Origin: Chiloscyllium plagiosum
Taxonomy: Eukaryota
DNA: 64,000 nucleotides
Assembly (NCBI RefSeq): GCF_004010195.1
Contig: NC_057719.1
Coordinates: 10,314,206-10,378,205, forward strand
Reading direction: 5' to 3'
Below the pieces are notes generated by a model. The model was given only the letters and a program-made list of their open reading frames with translations, did not search any database and was not told the origin of the DNA. Positions 23,718 through 36,815 of this stretch are shown one piece after another. Each line of letters starts with the position of its first letter. The first letter of the stretch is position 1. A program made the translations under genes and the position numbers.

Positions 23718-26009
23718 TTATAGAGAACTGGGAAGATTGCTAAATGGAAGATCTTGCCATCTGGGGAGAATTAAATGATTGTGTCTGTGCAAGGTGCTGG
23801 ATACGAACCCATAAGCTACTAACCCATAGACGAGAGCTATGCCAACTGAGCCGTGGCTAAATATTTATTCAATTTCCAAAGTGTTTGTTTTTTTTGCTGT
23901 TTGTAAATGTTCAACCTCTCTACCATCAGTTCCTGCAATTAAATTGCACTATTTATACTGGAATGGTATGGGTTCAATTTCAGTCTGTCACACATGGTAA
24001 TAGTATATGCTGTTTCTGTTTTAACAATAGCACCAGTTGGTCTGTGAGGGATTAATCTCATGCTGCAAGATAATACCCCTGACACAAACCCTGGAGTGAA
24101 CAATACATCAAAATCAAGATTATAAAAAAAACCCACGTAAATTAAAATTTCATTATAATTAAAAACAGTAATCAAAGTAAGTCTTCCCAAGGGACTAAAT
24201 CAGTTAGCGCATCAGTCTTTCATCTCGAGGATCTGGGATCAAGTTTTGCTTGAACCAATAGGATTGGAATACAAAGGAAAATGAGCAGACCATTCAGCCC
24301 CATGAGTCTGCTACACCATTCAATTCGGTCATGGATAATCTGCACCTTAATTCCATTGGTCCACCTCAGCTCTGTTTCCACCAGGTGAAAGCTGCTGAAA
24401 TTAGGACCATGGTTTCTGAACAGTGCCTTTGTTATTCGGTGACTAGAAGTAAGTTGAGCCAGGGGCTAAGTTGGTAGTGTCGGTAATAGAATATGTTATT
24501 TTAAAGATGAACTCACATTCTAGACAACTCATGATGGATCATTAAACCTTTTCCTACATTGCACTGAAATCCCTGGGACTGAATCACTGATATATTTAAA
24601 TGTAAACTACCGCTTCCTTCTCTTCCCTTATAGCTACAGAATGGCTGGGCACCTGCCTGGAAAGAGTCAATACCAGATGGTCTGTTTCCCACATGATAGG
24701 ACTCACTGACCTCCTCATCATACTCCTCACTCATATCTTGCAATATCAAAAACGCTTCACTCTTGATCCTGACTAAAAAGAAATATTAAATTTCAGTTTT
24801 AAAATTTCCATTTAACCCTAGCTCAGCTGCTTTTAGTTGAAGATGACTCCCTCAATACTTTGTGTGTGAAGTGTGCTGCTTAACATCATGCTGAACGACC
24901 TCACTTTCATTTTAAGGTTATGACTTGTCACTCTGGACCTTCCCCACCTGGGGAAACATTTATATTTCTTTCTCCATTTACATTACAAGTGTTTTTTTTA
25001 ACTACCTCATACTCCAACAGGTCAAGTGAGCTTAGACATTGTTGACCAGGTTTGCACACCCAGTCTGAAGCTCTTCCGGGCATAAGGATGGGTGCCATAA
25101 GAAATTGGGGTGTCACACTCTGAATGAAGGTGGCAGGAGTAACTATAATTCAGAGACTAAACTAATGTAAAAGTATCTTGCATCATTCCACGTCCATGAC
25201 TAATTTAACCGCTTACCCCATGTTATTAAGACTGCATTGCATGCAACTGCTATCCCTTCCTTTCTATCATTTATTGTAAATCTAGATATTTGATCATTTT
25301 GCTGTTTCAGCAGGGGTCGCTTTATTTGAAACACGTGAATAGATATTTTCAGAGTATGATAATAAAAAATAAATATAAGTTCTAGCATTAAAGGTACCAA
25401 GGAATGTTCGACACTAGGAGATCTTGTTAAGTAAAAATGGTTGTCGAAAATGATACATCTCACAGTTTGAGCATACAACTTGGGAAACATCAGATGAAAA
25501 TATCTTGTGAACTCTTCACAACCACACGTATTATTTGTACTGTGAAAACTGACAGTAGATCATTCAGAATTCCCTCCGGTTACCCTCAACTGCACTATTG
25601 ATATTTGCCACATCATGGGAAAAAGTACTGAATTGACATTTTCCCTCAAACAATTCCATGGATTCAGTCTGTAACTTCAACTATGATTCATAACATATAT
25701 ACAGGTTTCTTACTGAAGTAATCTTGAATATGGTGGTCAATGTAAACAATTTTGGAACTCATTTTAAAGAGGTGCTTTTAAACATCATTTCTTTAATTAT
25801 CATGCTTTGAAAATATCTAAACACAGGCAGCATACACTAGCTCATGATGGACTGGCTCCCATTTTGTTCCCCCAAGATTAGAGACTGTGCTTTGAAATGA
25901 TTTTCTTTTGACACTAAAGTGCTTCAGCAGGAACTGGTTTTTGGTTCATTTTTGTGCCAGAGACTGACACAAAATTGAGCTCTCAGACCCATGCAGGTCA
26001 TGGACCTCC

Positions 26010-26432
26010 TCCATTGTCAAACCCTCCCCACCCACGCCTGAAGGAAGAACACCTCATCTTCTGTCTTGGGACCCTGCAACCACATGAGATCAATGTGGAT
26101 TTCACCAGTTTCCCCATTTTCCGTCCCCCCACCTCATCCCATCCCAATCTCCCACTTGGCACCGCCCTCCTGAACATTCCTACCTGTCCATCTTTCTTCC
26201 CACATATCTGCTCTACCCTCCACTCTGACCTATCACTTTCACCCCCACCTCCATCTACTTATCACATTTCAGCTACCTCCCCTCCAGCCCCACCTCCTCC
26301 CATTTATCTATCAACCGCCTTGGCCCACAAGTCTCATTCCTGATTAAGGGCTTATGGCCGAAACGTCGGCTCTTCGGCTCCTCAGTTGCTGCCTGACTGG
26401 CTGTGCTTTTCCAGCACCACACTCTTCAACTC
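26010..26432 (+). mobile_element. Penelope-like element 3' end (GIY-YIG C-terminus, pyrimidine-rich UTR, pLTR), family A
   Basis: RLKEEHLIFCLGTLQPHEINVDFTSF matches the recalled PLE C-terminal motif R.LEE.HLIFRLG.LQP.G.N.DF; followed by cctgattaagggcttatggccgaaacgtc and the family-A arm. Confidence 0.8.
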
Positions 26433-27144
26433 CTCTCAAACTTTAATGTCATAATGTAGAGGCAGCTGATTGTGCCAACCCAGCGCCTCAGCACCCTCAC
26501 CGACGCCCAAAAGGTAGGTTGGTCAAAGATAGTGCTAAAAATTAGGTGCTCTGCCTTGCCAACAGTGTCGAAGTCCCACAAGGTGGAGTTGAGTTATCAG
26601 TGGCATTTCATGGCTATTGTAGCAGCAGCTGTAATGATCCAAGTGCTCTCAGCTCCCTAGGAAAGGGCCTCCTGTCCTATCAGCAGTCTCCAAGGTGTGC
26701 CTGCCTGCTTTGCCAAGAGCAAAGCCAGTAGCTTCCAATTTTCTGACAGCTCTATTTAGTGGGACTTCCTCCTATAGACCAATGGAAAACCAACTAATCA
26801 CAATTAAAAGCCACCACCCAAAACCTTAAAGTGGGGTGAGTTGGCAAATGGAAAGATGCTCATCTCCAACATTAATGATGGGCTGCTGGAATTCCACACG
26901 CAGCCTATAATCCAGCCCTAAGAGTCTAACATCCAAACATTGATTTCTTATGAATGTGAGGCACTGAGAGAAAGCAAGATGCATGTCTATCTTCTACACA
27001 TCCTCTCAAACAATAAGACTGCCGAGCAATATTTTAATGTAGATTTTAGTTTCTTCTCTACAGTGAGTACATGCAAAATGACTGAATTTTAAAATTGCCT
27101 TATTTCATGGACCTGGGTGAGACTTGATTTCACGAGGAGATGCT

Positions 27145-27490
27145 GACCTGATGGTGTTATCGCTAAGCTATTAAACCAATAACCCCGGTAATGTTCTGGA
27201 GCAACGCTGAATTTTAATCCAGCCATGGAAAATGGTAAATTTTCAATGGAATAGAAAATCTAAATAATGCAACCATACAACCATCGTTGATTGTTGGGAA
27301 AAACCCATTTGGCCCATTAATGCCTGTTACAAGTGAAGGTAGTCAATCCCTTACCTGGTCAGGCTTACATGTGACTCCAGACTCTTAGCAATGTGGTTGA
27401 CTCTTAACTGCCCTCTGAGCAATTGGGGATGGGCAGCAAATGCTGGTCTAGTCATTAATGCCCACATCCCATTAATGAATAAAAGAAAGA
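27145..27490 (+). mobile_element. SacSINE1-like SINE
   Basis: ccttacctggtcaggcttacatgtgactccagac...aatgtggttgactcttaactgccctctgagcaattggggatgggcagcaaatgctgg. Confidence 0.7.
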
Positions 27491-28099
27491 CACATATCTT
27501 GTCTTTTTTGTTACTTATAACCAGAAATACCTATATCTACATTTACAATGGAAGTTTCTTTAACTGCAATTTGATATAATTGCAGTCTGCCACGAGTGAA
27601 TTTTACAAGGTTGACAGCAGCAGTTTTATTTATTCTTTCACAGAACAATAACAACATCTTATTTTTCTTCGAGTACTGATGTCACCCTTCTCCCTTTTGT
27701 TCAGAGGACAGTGCAGGCAAATGTGTCAGAAACACTTTGCTATATTTAGACCCAATCTCACCCCTACCATAAGCTTTTTGAAACAACTACACTGCCATGC
27801 CCCATACATGCGGTCCCAAGGTATTTTGAGACATGAAGTATGGCAGACATTTGAGATCTTCCTAGTGCTTGTTTAAAAATTAATCTTTTAAATTAATTCA
27901 GTGTTTAGTATTTCACATCCATCTTACTTTGCACTCACTTACAGATATTTTCTAATAAGCCAATTGTACAGCACTAATTAAAATCAATAACGTCTTTAAA
28001 AGCAAATACTGAACTACTTAGAACACTTTACACAACGTACTTGCAAATTTTAAAAAATGACATAGAATGAACTTACTTAAGAGCAAGTTCATCAAATAA

Positions 28100-28345
28100 T
28101 ACAAAGACTTGCAGATGCTGACGATCTGAAACAAACAAAACGCAGAAGTTTAAAACCGAAAGAACTGCAGATGCTGGAAATCTGAAACAGAAATTGCTGG
28201 AAAAGCTCAGCAGCTCTGCCAGCATCAAATCGGAGTTAACGGCTTAAGTCCAGTGATCCATCTTCAGTTTATGACTCTTCTTCACTGGACTTGAAACATT
28301 ACCTCTGTTTCTCTCACCACAGATGCTGCCAGGTCTGTTGAGTTC
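28100..28345. mobile_element. Older inverted PLE pLTR-derived element
   Basis: gaactgcagatgctggaaatctgaaac...ctcagcag / cactggacttgaaacatt...gatgctgccaggtctgttgag. Confidence 0.55.
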
Positions 28346-29435
28346 CCCCTCCCCCAAAAAAATAAGTTAATCAGTATATTGCAACTGAAAGAAACTAATA
28401 TTCTAAGAGCATCTCTACCGAGAAAGAAAAATGTAGTATCTGTATGTAGCCTGTATCATCTTACAGCTTTTGGGAAATATTGTCTATTTAGGAAAAGAGT
28501 TGTCAGATGATCAGAGGAGAATCATGTGCCATTTTCATGCATTGCAAACTAAGAACAAACAAATAAACAAAACATCAGCCTTGCATTTTTACAGCACTTT
28601 TCAGGCCACTTCAAAGGACTTTACAACCAATAAACAAGTATCTTTGAAGTTTTTTTTATAATCTAAGAAATTCAACAGCTGTTTTATACACAACAAAACC
28701 CCAACAAACACCAGTGAGGGGTTGTGCAGCTAACATGTTTCCTTAGTAACACTGGAATGTCAGTGCAGTGCACACATCTGATTACAAACACATAAAGGTC
28801 AAACATTATCCCAATATAGTTTCCATTTAAATAAGTCAGACAAAGCAAATGTTTTACAGGTGTTACAATTTATAACCTTTATATTGTAAAAGCTCTAATT
28901 GTACTATTTTCTCTGAAGAGTTCACCACCCTTTCTTGAGAACAGATGTTTACTATACATTCACCCGCCCTTCTGTTACTCAGAGCAAACAATGGTCCAAT
29001 CTCAGTTACCTGAACTTTGGATTTTAAGTAGCTTCACACTATATTATCTCGCAACTCAACATAAATTAGAATTTAAAGATAAGTTGCTCCTTGAATAGAC
29101 AGAATGAGCTGTGCTGTAAGCAGTTCATGATTTTAAACAGAAGTTGGCTCTTCATAATCAAATGAACCGGTTTGTTTATTTATGATTTACGTATCTCAGA
29201 GGCTTCGCATAACAGAAGATTAGCAGGAAAACTAAATGTAAATATCCACAAGAGATTGATAATTCTTTAATTTCTTCCAATAAAGCCAGGGTAGGAGTCT
29301 GTTGTACAATATTTCAGTCTCTGCAGCAGATAATGTCTCCTGTTCTGTTTTTTTCCTGCACAATGCTTTCTCATCAGCTCTTCTCAAAATTGAAACAAAT
29401 TCCTGTTAACCATCAGGGACTATTGTACATATAGG

Positions 29436-29635
29436 GGTCGGTTGGCTAGACAGGTGGTTAATGATGCAGAATGAAGCCAGCAGCGTCGGTTCAATTCCCA
29501 AACCGGCTGAGGTTACAGTGAAGGACTCTCCTTCTCAACCTCTCCTCACACCTGAGGCATGGTGACCCTTGAGTTAAACTACCACCAGATATCTCTCTCT
29601 GAGGAGAGAGCAGCCCTACGGGGTGATGGTGACTC
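29436..29635 (+). mobile_element. Unassigned tRNA-like-head SINE
   Basis: B-box-like ggttcaattcc, then ggctgaggttacagtgaaggactctccttctcaacctctcc...gagagagcagcccta; related minus-strand copies at 19130, 53290 and 59285. Confidence 0.55.
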
Positions 29636-30071
29636 TCTGTTCAGGAATATATTAGTTATTGTTACAGTTCTCTCAAGTTTATTCTTACTGATCTTTTAGC
29701 AAATATTATATGCTGAATTTATAGAGCTACAAATAGTAACAGCAATTGATGATTAGGTTAAATGTTGTAGCCTAACAATTAACAGCCCTTCATGGAAGGC
29801 AACACCTTCCTACTGACAACTATTAAGAATACAAAAAAAAACAAATATATGTATTCTGTACTGTAATAATACAACCACTGCAGGTTCTTGACTAAGACAC
29901 AGATAGCCACAGAAACACAAGCATTATCATATATGACATTAGTCAAAAAAATACATCAGCAAGCAGCTGGATGCAACAGTTGGTTAATATTTTAATTCCC
30001 ACACACATTTATGGACAGAGCGAGTTAGACAAAAGTGAGACCTGATCTAAATCCAACTCAATTTATAAGTA

Positions 30072-30802
30072 CGTTACCATGACTAGGTAACATCATCAGT
30101 GAGAGTCTCTGGTGAAGTGCTGATGATATGTCCTGCCTCTCTATTTATAGGTCTTGCTTTCTTCAGGTGGGTGATGTCATTTACGTTGCCTTTTTTCAAA
30201 GGAAGACAGATGGGATGTAAATCGATGCATTTGTTGATGGAGTTTTGGTTAGAAATCCATGCCTCTAAGAATTCTCGTGCCTGTCTTTGTTTTGCCTGTC
30301 CTAGGATGTGTGTGTTGTCCCAGTCAAAGTGGTGTCCTTCTTTGTCTGTATGTATAGAAACTAGTGATAGTGGGTCATGTCTTTTGGTCGCTCGTTGGTG
30401 TGTGAATGACACGACCCACTACCACTGGTTTCTATACATACAGACAAAGAAGGATACCACTTTTATTGGGACAACATACACATCCAGGGATAGGCGAAAC
30501 AAAGACAAGCACGAGAATTCTCAGAGGCATGGCATTCTAACCAAAACTCCATCAATAAACACATCGATTTAGATCCCATCTATCTTCCCTTGAAAAAAAG
30601 AACCATAAATGACATCACCCACCTGAAGAAACCAAGGCCTATAAGTAGAGAGGCAGGACATACCACCAGCACTTCACCAGAGACTCTCACTGATGATGTT
30701 ACTTAGTCATGGTGATGAAACATCGGAAAACAAACCTTCCAGCTCAGCGAGCTAGCTTACATGCTTATCATCAACCTGAGCCACAAACCTTCTTGAGAAC
30801 TG
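30072..30802. mobile_element. Penelope-like element (family B, Poseidon-like), two 3' fragments in inverted orientation
   Basis: Minus arm encodes HQRATKRHDPLSLVSIHTDKEGHHFDWDNTHILGQAKQRQAREFLEAW..NSINK (PLE GIY-YIG C-terminus); plus arm from ~30405 repeats it; flanking ccaactcaat at 30053-30062 and 30803-30812. Confidence 0.88.
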
Positions 30803-31152
30803 CCAACTCAATAATGCCCTGGTTTCTCATCTGGTTAAGGAAATTTCCTGTACATGGTATTGTGTAAATTTTAAGGACTTGCTGGGATAATTGCCTATTC
30901 TAAATATTTCAGGATGTACACTATAACAATAGTGAGTGTACAAAATGAATGCTTAATTCCCTTAGTTCTGACATAGAATGTGTGCACCACTGTGAAACCC
31001 ACTATTTGCTGCACATCCCCAATTGCCCTAGAACTGAGTGACTTACTCAGCAATTTCAGAGAGTAGTGGACCATATTGCTGAGGGTCACAATTAGGCCAG
31101 GACAGGTAAGGATGGCAGATTTCCTTCCATGGAGGGCATTAATGAACTAGGT

Positions 31153-31353
31153 AGGAGCAAATTACTGGAATCTGCACTGAAAACAAAAGATGCTGGAGAT
31201 CACAACAGGTCAGGCAGCATCCCTGGAGAGAGAGCAAGATAATGTTTTGAATCTAGATGACTCTTCATGTTCTGATGAAGAGTCATCTAGACTCGAAACG
31301 TTAGCTTGCTGTCTCTCCATGGATGCGGCCTGACTCGCTGTGATTTTGACATG
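31153..31353. mobile_element. Short inverted PLE element (family A variant)
   Basis: 12-bp TSD aatgaactaggt at 31141-31152 and 31354-31365; arms caggtcaggcagcatcc / ggatgcggcctgac. Confidence 0.8.
31267..31307 (+). ncRNA. Minimal type-I hammerhead ribozyme motif (PLE-associated)
   Basis: auguu-CUGAUGA-A-GAGUC(AUCUA)GACUC-GAAAC-GUU-agcuu: invariant core, perfect 5-bp stem II, palindromic AACGUU stem III, partial stem I. Confidence 0.65.
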
Positions 31354-33576
31354 AATGAACTAGGTGAGCTTTCCAACATATTTTGTCTGGGTCACCAGTA
31401 CTAAAACTGGTTTACGATTCAAGATTTACTAATTGAATTTAAATCCGACCAGCTTCTGTGGTGGGATCTGAGCTCAAGTCCCCAGAATGTGCTTCTGGAT
31501 GAGGAGCCCAATAATATTGACCATCAAGCCAATATCAAGGGGGAACGCTCCTGAAACAAGGACTGAGGCATACTTCTGCAACAAGAGATGGGATTTTACC
31601 TTGATTATTCACTTGCTGTCTTCCGGTCCTACCCCAGGTGCACAAAGTATGATCCCTCATTTCCACAGATTCCAAATCCACCTTGCAATGTGGTGGCTGC
31701 GATCGGTGAGTTGGAATAGAGGCCACTTGAAAATTCACACTTCACTAGGGCACTGTGATGCCCCCCACACAAGACCCAGCTGGAGAAATCAACTGAAAGA
31801 GGATCCAGTTCTCCTGGCTTCACAAATTTCCTCCAAACTGTTTCATGAGTAAGCACTGGGAATGCACTTAAGCAAATAATATTCGCTCTCTTTGAGTCAT
31901 GCATAGTAATCGCTGAACCAGATATGAGAAACCAGTCAAGGAAAGAACGAAATAAAGGCCATGAGTGCTTCTAAGATCTTTCAATGATTTCTTGCTGTGA
32001 TGAACATCATTGTTTCAAAAGCTCAGAGCAAGTCCAGCTGCAATTTCTAGCTGACAAGTTTGCTAAGTAGTGTTGCATTTAAATGTGTCCTATTGTCCTG
32101 GCTCCAATCGTTACTCTGACAGCCATGTTATAGTTGGGAAGGATATTGATTACCTTCAGAAATCTGATTTCAATCAGGGATAGGCCTTCCTTTGGTACTG
32201 CTGGGATTCCACATAACGATCTGGCATTGGCTTATGCTTCAAAACAGATATTATGAATGTTATCATGAAACTGATATCACTTGATAAGCGTGGAGACTGG
32301 ACTCAATAAAGGTGCTGCTTTCAATTAATTTCAATTTTAGATTCTAATGTACTGTACTCAATTGCTTCATTTTGCACACTGAAGCAGGGGATCCTTCTAA
32401 TTTGACAATACCATAGGTATTGAATGTTTAAGGGTCTCATGAAGCGTACTTTGTTACAAGAATTGAGAAAAATTTAACTTAAAAACACTGACCGCAGTGA
32501 AGACCTGGTATTTTGGGTTCTCTTTCCCCTAGATCTCCTGGATTTATATTGTATTACAAATTGAAGTAGAGGTGGCAATAAACACAGAAAGCTTGAGAAA
32601 CGCAGCAGGCAGAACTAGTTGGAAGAAGTGGACTGGACTTGAAACATTAACTCTGTTTCTCTCTACAAGGATGCTGCCACACCTGTCTGGTTTCTCCAGC
32701 ATTCTCTATGTTTGTTTTGGGTTTCCAGGATCTGCAGCATTTTATCTTTATTGAACTAGAGGTAGTGCTGGAAGAGAAAGCAGTGGAAGAGTCTGAGAGA
32801 ACTTTAATGGGCCCAGTAGTTTTCAATTGGCCTGTAAGATAATGTTAAGCTATCTGGGAAAACAGTTGGGCCTACAGACAATGAACTGCCAACACACCTA
32901 CCTCAGAAGATAACTACAGAAGGCATTCAACACATCCTGGTTTGCAGATCCAAAAATATCTGAAAGTCCCTCCTACCCCAGGAGGGTAGGAACCACTGCT
33001 GGATTTGCAAGTCCTGTTTTCAGTCGCAAATGTAGAATCTTACCCTCTTGGCCTCACTAATGCTTAAATTATATGAAGCAATTTTGTGCAATTATCAATG
33101 TCTTATTCATAACTTATATACGATCACCTCTGAAATGTGTCCTTCAAATATTATAAAACCTATTTAATCTATCTTGGATCATAGTATGAGACAAATAACT
33201 TTCGGGTTCAGCCTTATGACCTTCTCTGTGGTGTCACATTGAAACATAGAAACAGGAGCAGGAGAAAGGCCATTCGACCCTTCGACCCTGCTCTGCCTTT
33301 CCAGTGATTAAGGCTGATCATTCAACTCAGTGCTCTGCTCCCACTTTCTCTGCGTATCTTTGGAGCCAAAGTACAAATATCACTCCTGTGCCTCAGTGAG
33401 AAGGTAGAAAGTCAATTCCCAAGGCATCACCCGAGAAGCAGAGTTTAATCATTGTACCTTGGCTCATAATTTACTAATTTTGGCAAAATACATTTCATCA
33501 GATTGTTCTTTGGTGTTCTGCATTGGTCAGACATGTTGAGTGCCAAGTCAGGCAAGACTCCTAAGTCATAGATGAT

Positions 33577-33900
33577 ATCATAGAATCCCTACAGTGTGGA
33601 AACAGGCCATTTGGCCCAACAAGTCCACACCGACCCTCCAAAGAGTATCCCACCCAGACCCACTCCGCTACCCTATATTTTCCATGAATAATGCACATAA
33701 CCTACACACAGTGGGCAATTAAGCACAGCCACTTATCTAACCTGCACATCTTTGGGAGTAAACCAGAGCATCTGGAGAAACCCACACAGACACAGGGAGA
33801 ATGTGCAAACTCCACACAGACAGTCACCCAAGGCTGGAATCAAACCCAGGATCCTGGTGCCATAAGGCAGCAGTGCTAACCACTGAGCTACCGTGCCACC
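33577..33900 (-). mobile_element. HE1-type V-SINE
   Basis: atcatagaatccctacagtgtggaaacaggcc...gcagcagtgctaaccactgagctaccgtgcc. Confidence 0.85.
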
Positions 33901-34699
33901 CCTCTGGGTATCACAGCTATCCATTTGAAAAGTGTAAAAAGTTGGAGTCTGTCTCCCAGGTTTCCTTCCTATTTGCAAAATTGATCAGTTTATTGAATCA
34001 CTGAAATGATCATTGAATACGTGGTACCTTCTTGGGCACTGCAATTACTGTTCTTGGCCAGTGCAGGATGACCTTTCTCATAACCAACTGTTGTTTTCTA
34101 CCATTCAACTAAGTGTTTTATACATTGACAAGATTTCCCTCAAATCATAATTGATCAGAACTCCACAAACAGCATTCCATGTAGATCTTGGTCAAACATC
34201 TTTTGGAGATTAGGAAACAAGTTTGATTTTCACGAGATACTTGGAAATAACAAGTTAGACTATTTCCCGACATACTGAAGGACCCTGGGCATGGCCATTA
34301 TTTTCAGCTAACGAGTCAGGGATGGAATGAAGCCTGGGTTGCCTCTTCCTGAAGGGACTGGATTGCTGCTGAGACCAGCAGGTTAGAGACCCTACCTCAT
34401 GTCATTGGGAAAATTCTACTCATGACAATTAGATCATCTATCACTCTCAGCTAATTCACTATTGCTTCATCCAAATCCCCAAACATTCTCATGCACTATT
34501 AATGCACCTTCATACCTCCCAAGCATCTCTGCAATTTTTTACAGCAATACTGGCAGTCCATAAGCTCTAATAACAAAACTGCGAAATCTTAAATCCCTCA
34601 TCTGTACAAGCAATCCTCCTTGAGCTCATTACAATGGCAGTTTTAGAGTTTCATGCGTAAATAGTAAGACAATATTCATTTTTAAAAGACTCTTGGAAA

Positions 34700-35388
34700 T
34701 GTTGTCGACAGCGAGGAAAGTTACCTCAGAGTACAATGGAAGCTCGATCACATAGGCCAACGGGCAGAGTTGCAGATCGAGTTTAATTTAGATAAATGGA
34801 CGGTACTGCATTTTGGAAATGTAAATCAAGGCAGGACTTATACACTAAATGGTAAGGTCCTGGGGAACGTTGCTGAACAAAGAGACCTTGGAGTGCAGGT
34901 TCATAGCTCCTTGAAAGTGGAGTCGCAAGTAGACAGGATAGTGAAGGAGGCATTTGGTATGCTTTCCTTTATTGGTCAGAATATTGAGACTAGGGAGGTC
35001 ACGTTGCAGCTGGTTAGGCAACATTTGGAATACTGCATGCAATTCTGGACTCCCTGCTATAGGAAGGATGTTGTGAAACTCAAAAGGGTTCAGAAAAGAT
35101 TTACAAGGATGTTGCCATGGTTGGAGGATTTGCGCTTTTGGGAGAGGTTGAATAGGCTGGGGCTGTTTTCCCTGGAGCATCAGAGGCTGAGGGGAGACCT
35201 GAGAGAGATTTATAAAATCAGAGGGGGCAAAGGTAGGGTGAATAACCAAGGTGTTTTCCCTGGGCTGGGGGAGAAATAGAAGGCATAGGTTTAAGGTGAG
35301 AGGGGAAGAATTTAAAAGGGACCAGACGGGCAACATTTTCACGTAGAGGATGATGCGTGTAAGGAATGAGCTGCCAGAGGAAGTGGTG
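34700..35388 (+). mobile_element. CR1/HER1-type LINE ORF2 fragment
   Basis: QIEFNLDKWTVLHFG...EQRDLGVQVHSSLKVESQVDRIVKEAFGML...HLEYCMQFWTPCYRKDVVKLKRVQKRFTRML. Confidence 0.93.
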
Positions 35389-36007
35389 TATTAGCCTAAT
35401 GGTCTAATAGTCTTTTATTCTTTAAGGGCTGGACACTAAAACTATTCACTTCATTGAAAAGCACACATTAAACAGCATTTAATGAGATTTGAAGTTGGCA
35501 AAAATCTTTTGAATTTACCTGTTAAATACTTTTGTACTTTGCACCTGTTTTCCCCACGGTTAGCATGCTCCCTGACCCAACATAATTCAGCCAGGCTTTC
35601 AGAAGCCACCTGTCTCACAGGAGATCTCATGTTCAGGGATGTTTAAAGTTGAAGCCACTACTTAAAAGGCTGATATCAGTGTCACCTGTTGCAGGTACTA
35701 AGCCACAGCTGTCACACTCCCAGTGCCAGCTAAAATGGGAAAATACCAAGAAATTTCAATTTATGGTTCTCCCACCTCCATTCTCTGCCACCTGATGCAG
35801 TTTTTCCTGCTTTTATTGGGATGGAAAAATCTGGCCTTCCACTGACAGGAACACCAAGCGCAAGATTAAGAACAGGATTCCCAAATATCGGGGGCCATCA
35901 TTGTTTGGAATCCGCTGCTTATTTGTGAAACGCAATGAAATTGTTGCTATTCATGGAGAAGTTTGACTTATAATCATGCTGTACCTCACAAGTGCTTTTC
36001 AACTTAC

Positions 36008-36051
36008 ATTCCATAAAGGCTGAGGAATACGCACTGGAAGCACATACGTTT
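36008..36051 (-). CDS. Candidate 44-nt exon of an unidentified host gene
   Basis: Branch-like ctgat plus ctcttttgttccatacttag| acceptor and |gtaagttg donor; reading TYVLPVRIPQPLWN ends in phase 0, compatible with the 17183 exon. Confidence 0.3.
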
Positions 36052-36371
36052 CTAAGTATGGAACAAAAGAGATCAGTGTTCATATCCCCTAGACTGAGAC
36101 ATCATTTAACTGAACATTGAGCAATATCTCATTGTTCACAGATACTGACCATTCAATTAGCTGCCCTTTGCCTTTGAGCACAAGAGAATATGCAGCATAG
36201 ACTTCCGATATTTGTAAAAAAAAACTACAACTCTCCACTCCTTCAAGTATTTCCACATTCTGCCTTATCCTGGGTATGCTGTTCTGTATGTTTACCACCT
36301 TCTGACTGTGGCTGTGAAATTCAAACTGTCCACTGTCCATACGAAAGTCTGTTTCCTGGTTCTAGATTTTA

Positions 36372-36815
36372 TAGAGTCATAGAGTTATCGAGATGTACAG
36401 CATGGAAACAGACCCTTCGGTCCAACTCATCCACGTTGACCAGATATCCTAAATTAATCTAGTCCCATTTGCCAGCACCGAGCCCATATTCTTCTTCATA
36501 TACCCATCCAGATGTTTTTTAAATGCTGCAATTGTCCGAACCTCCACCACTTCCTCTGTCAGCTCATTCCATACATGCACCACCTTTTGCATGAAAAAGT
36601 TGACCCTTAGGTCCCCTTTCAATCTTTCCCCTCTCACCCTAAACTTATGTTCAGGACTCCCCTACCCCAGGAAAAAGACCTTGTCTATTTACCCTGTCCA
36701 TGCCCCTCATGATTTTATAAACCTCTAGAAGGTCACCCCTCAGCCTCCGAGAAAACAGTCTATTCAGCATCTCCTTATAGCTCAAACCGTACAACCCTGG
36801 CAACATCCTTGTAAT
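36372..36815 (-). mobile_element. CR1/HER1-type LINE 3' fragment
   Basis: RGERLKGDLRVNFFMQKVVHVWNELTEEVVEV; tail atagagtcatagag. Confidence 0.9.

Larger units (their letters stand above)
31000..31525 (-). mobile_element. SacSINE1-like SINE interrupted by a PLE insertion
   Basis: catccccaattgcccta...ggtaaggatggcagatttccttcc...cattaatgaactagg. Confidence 0.6.
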
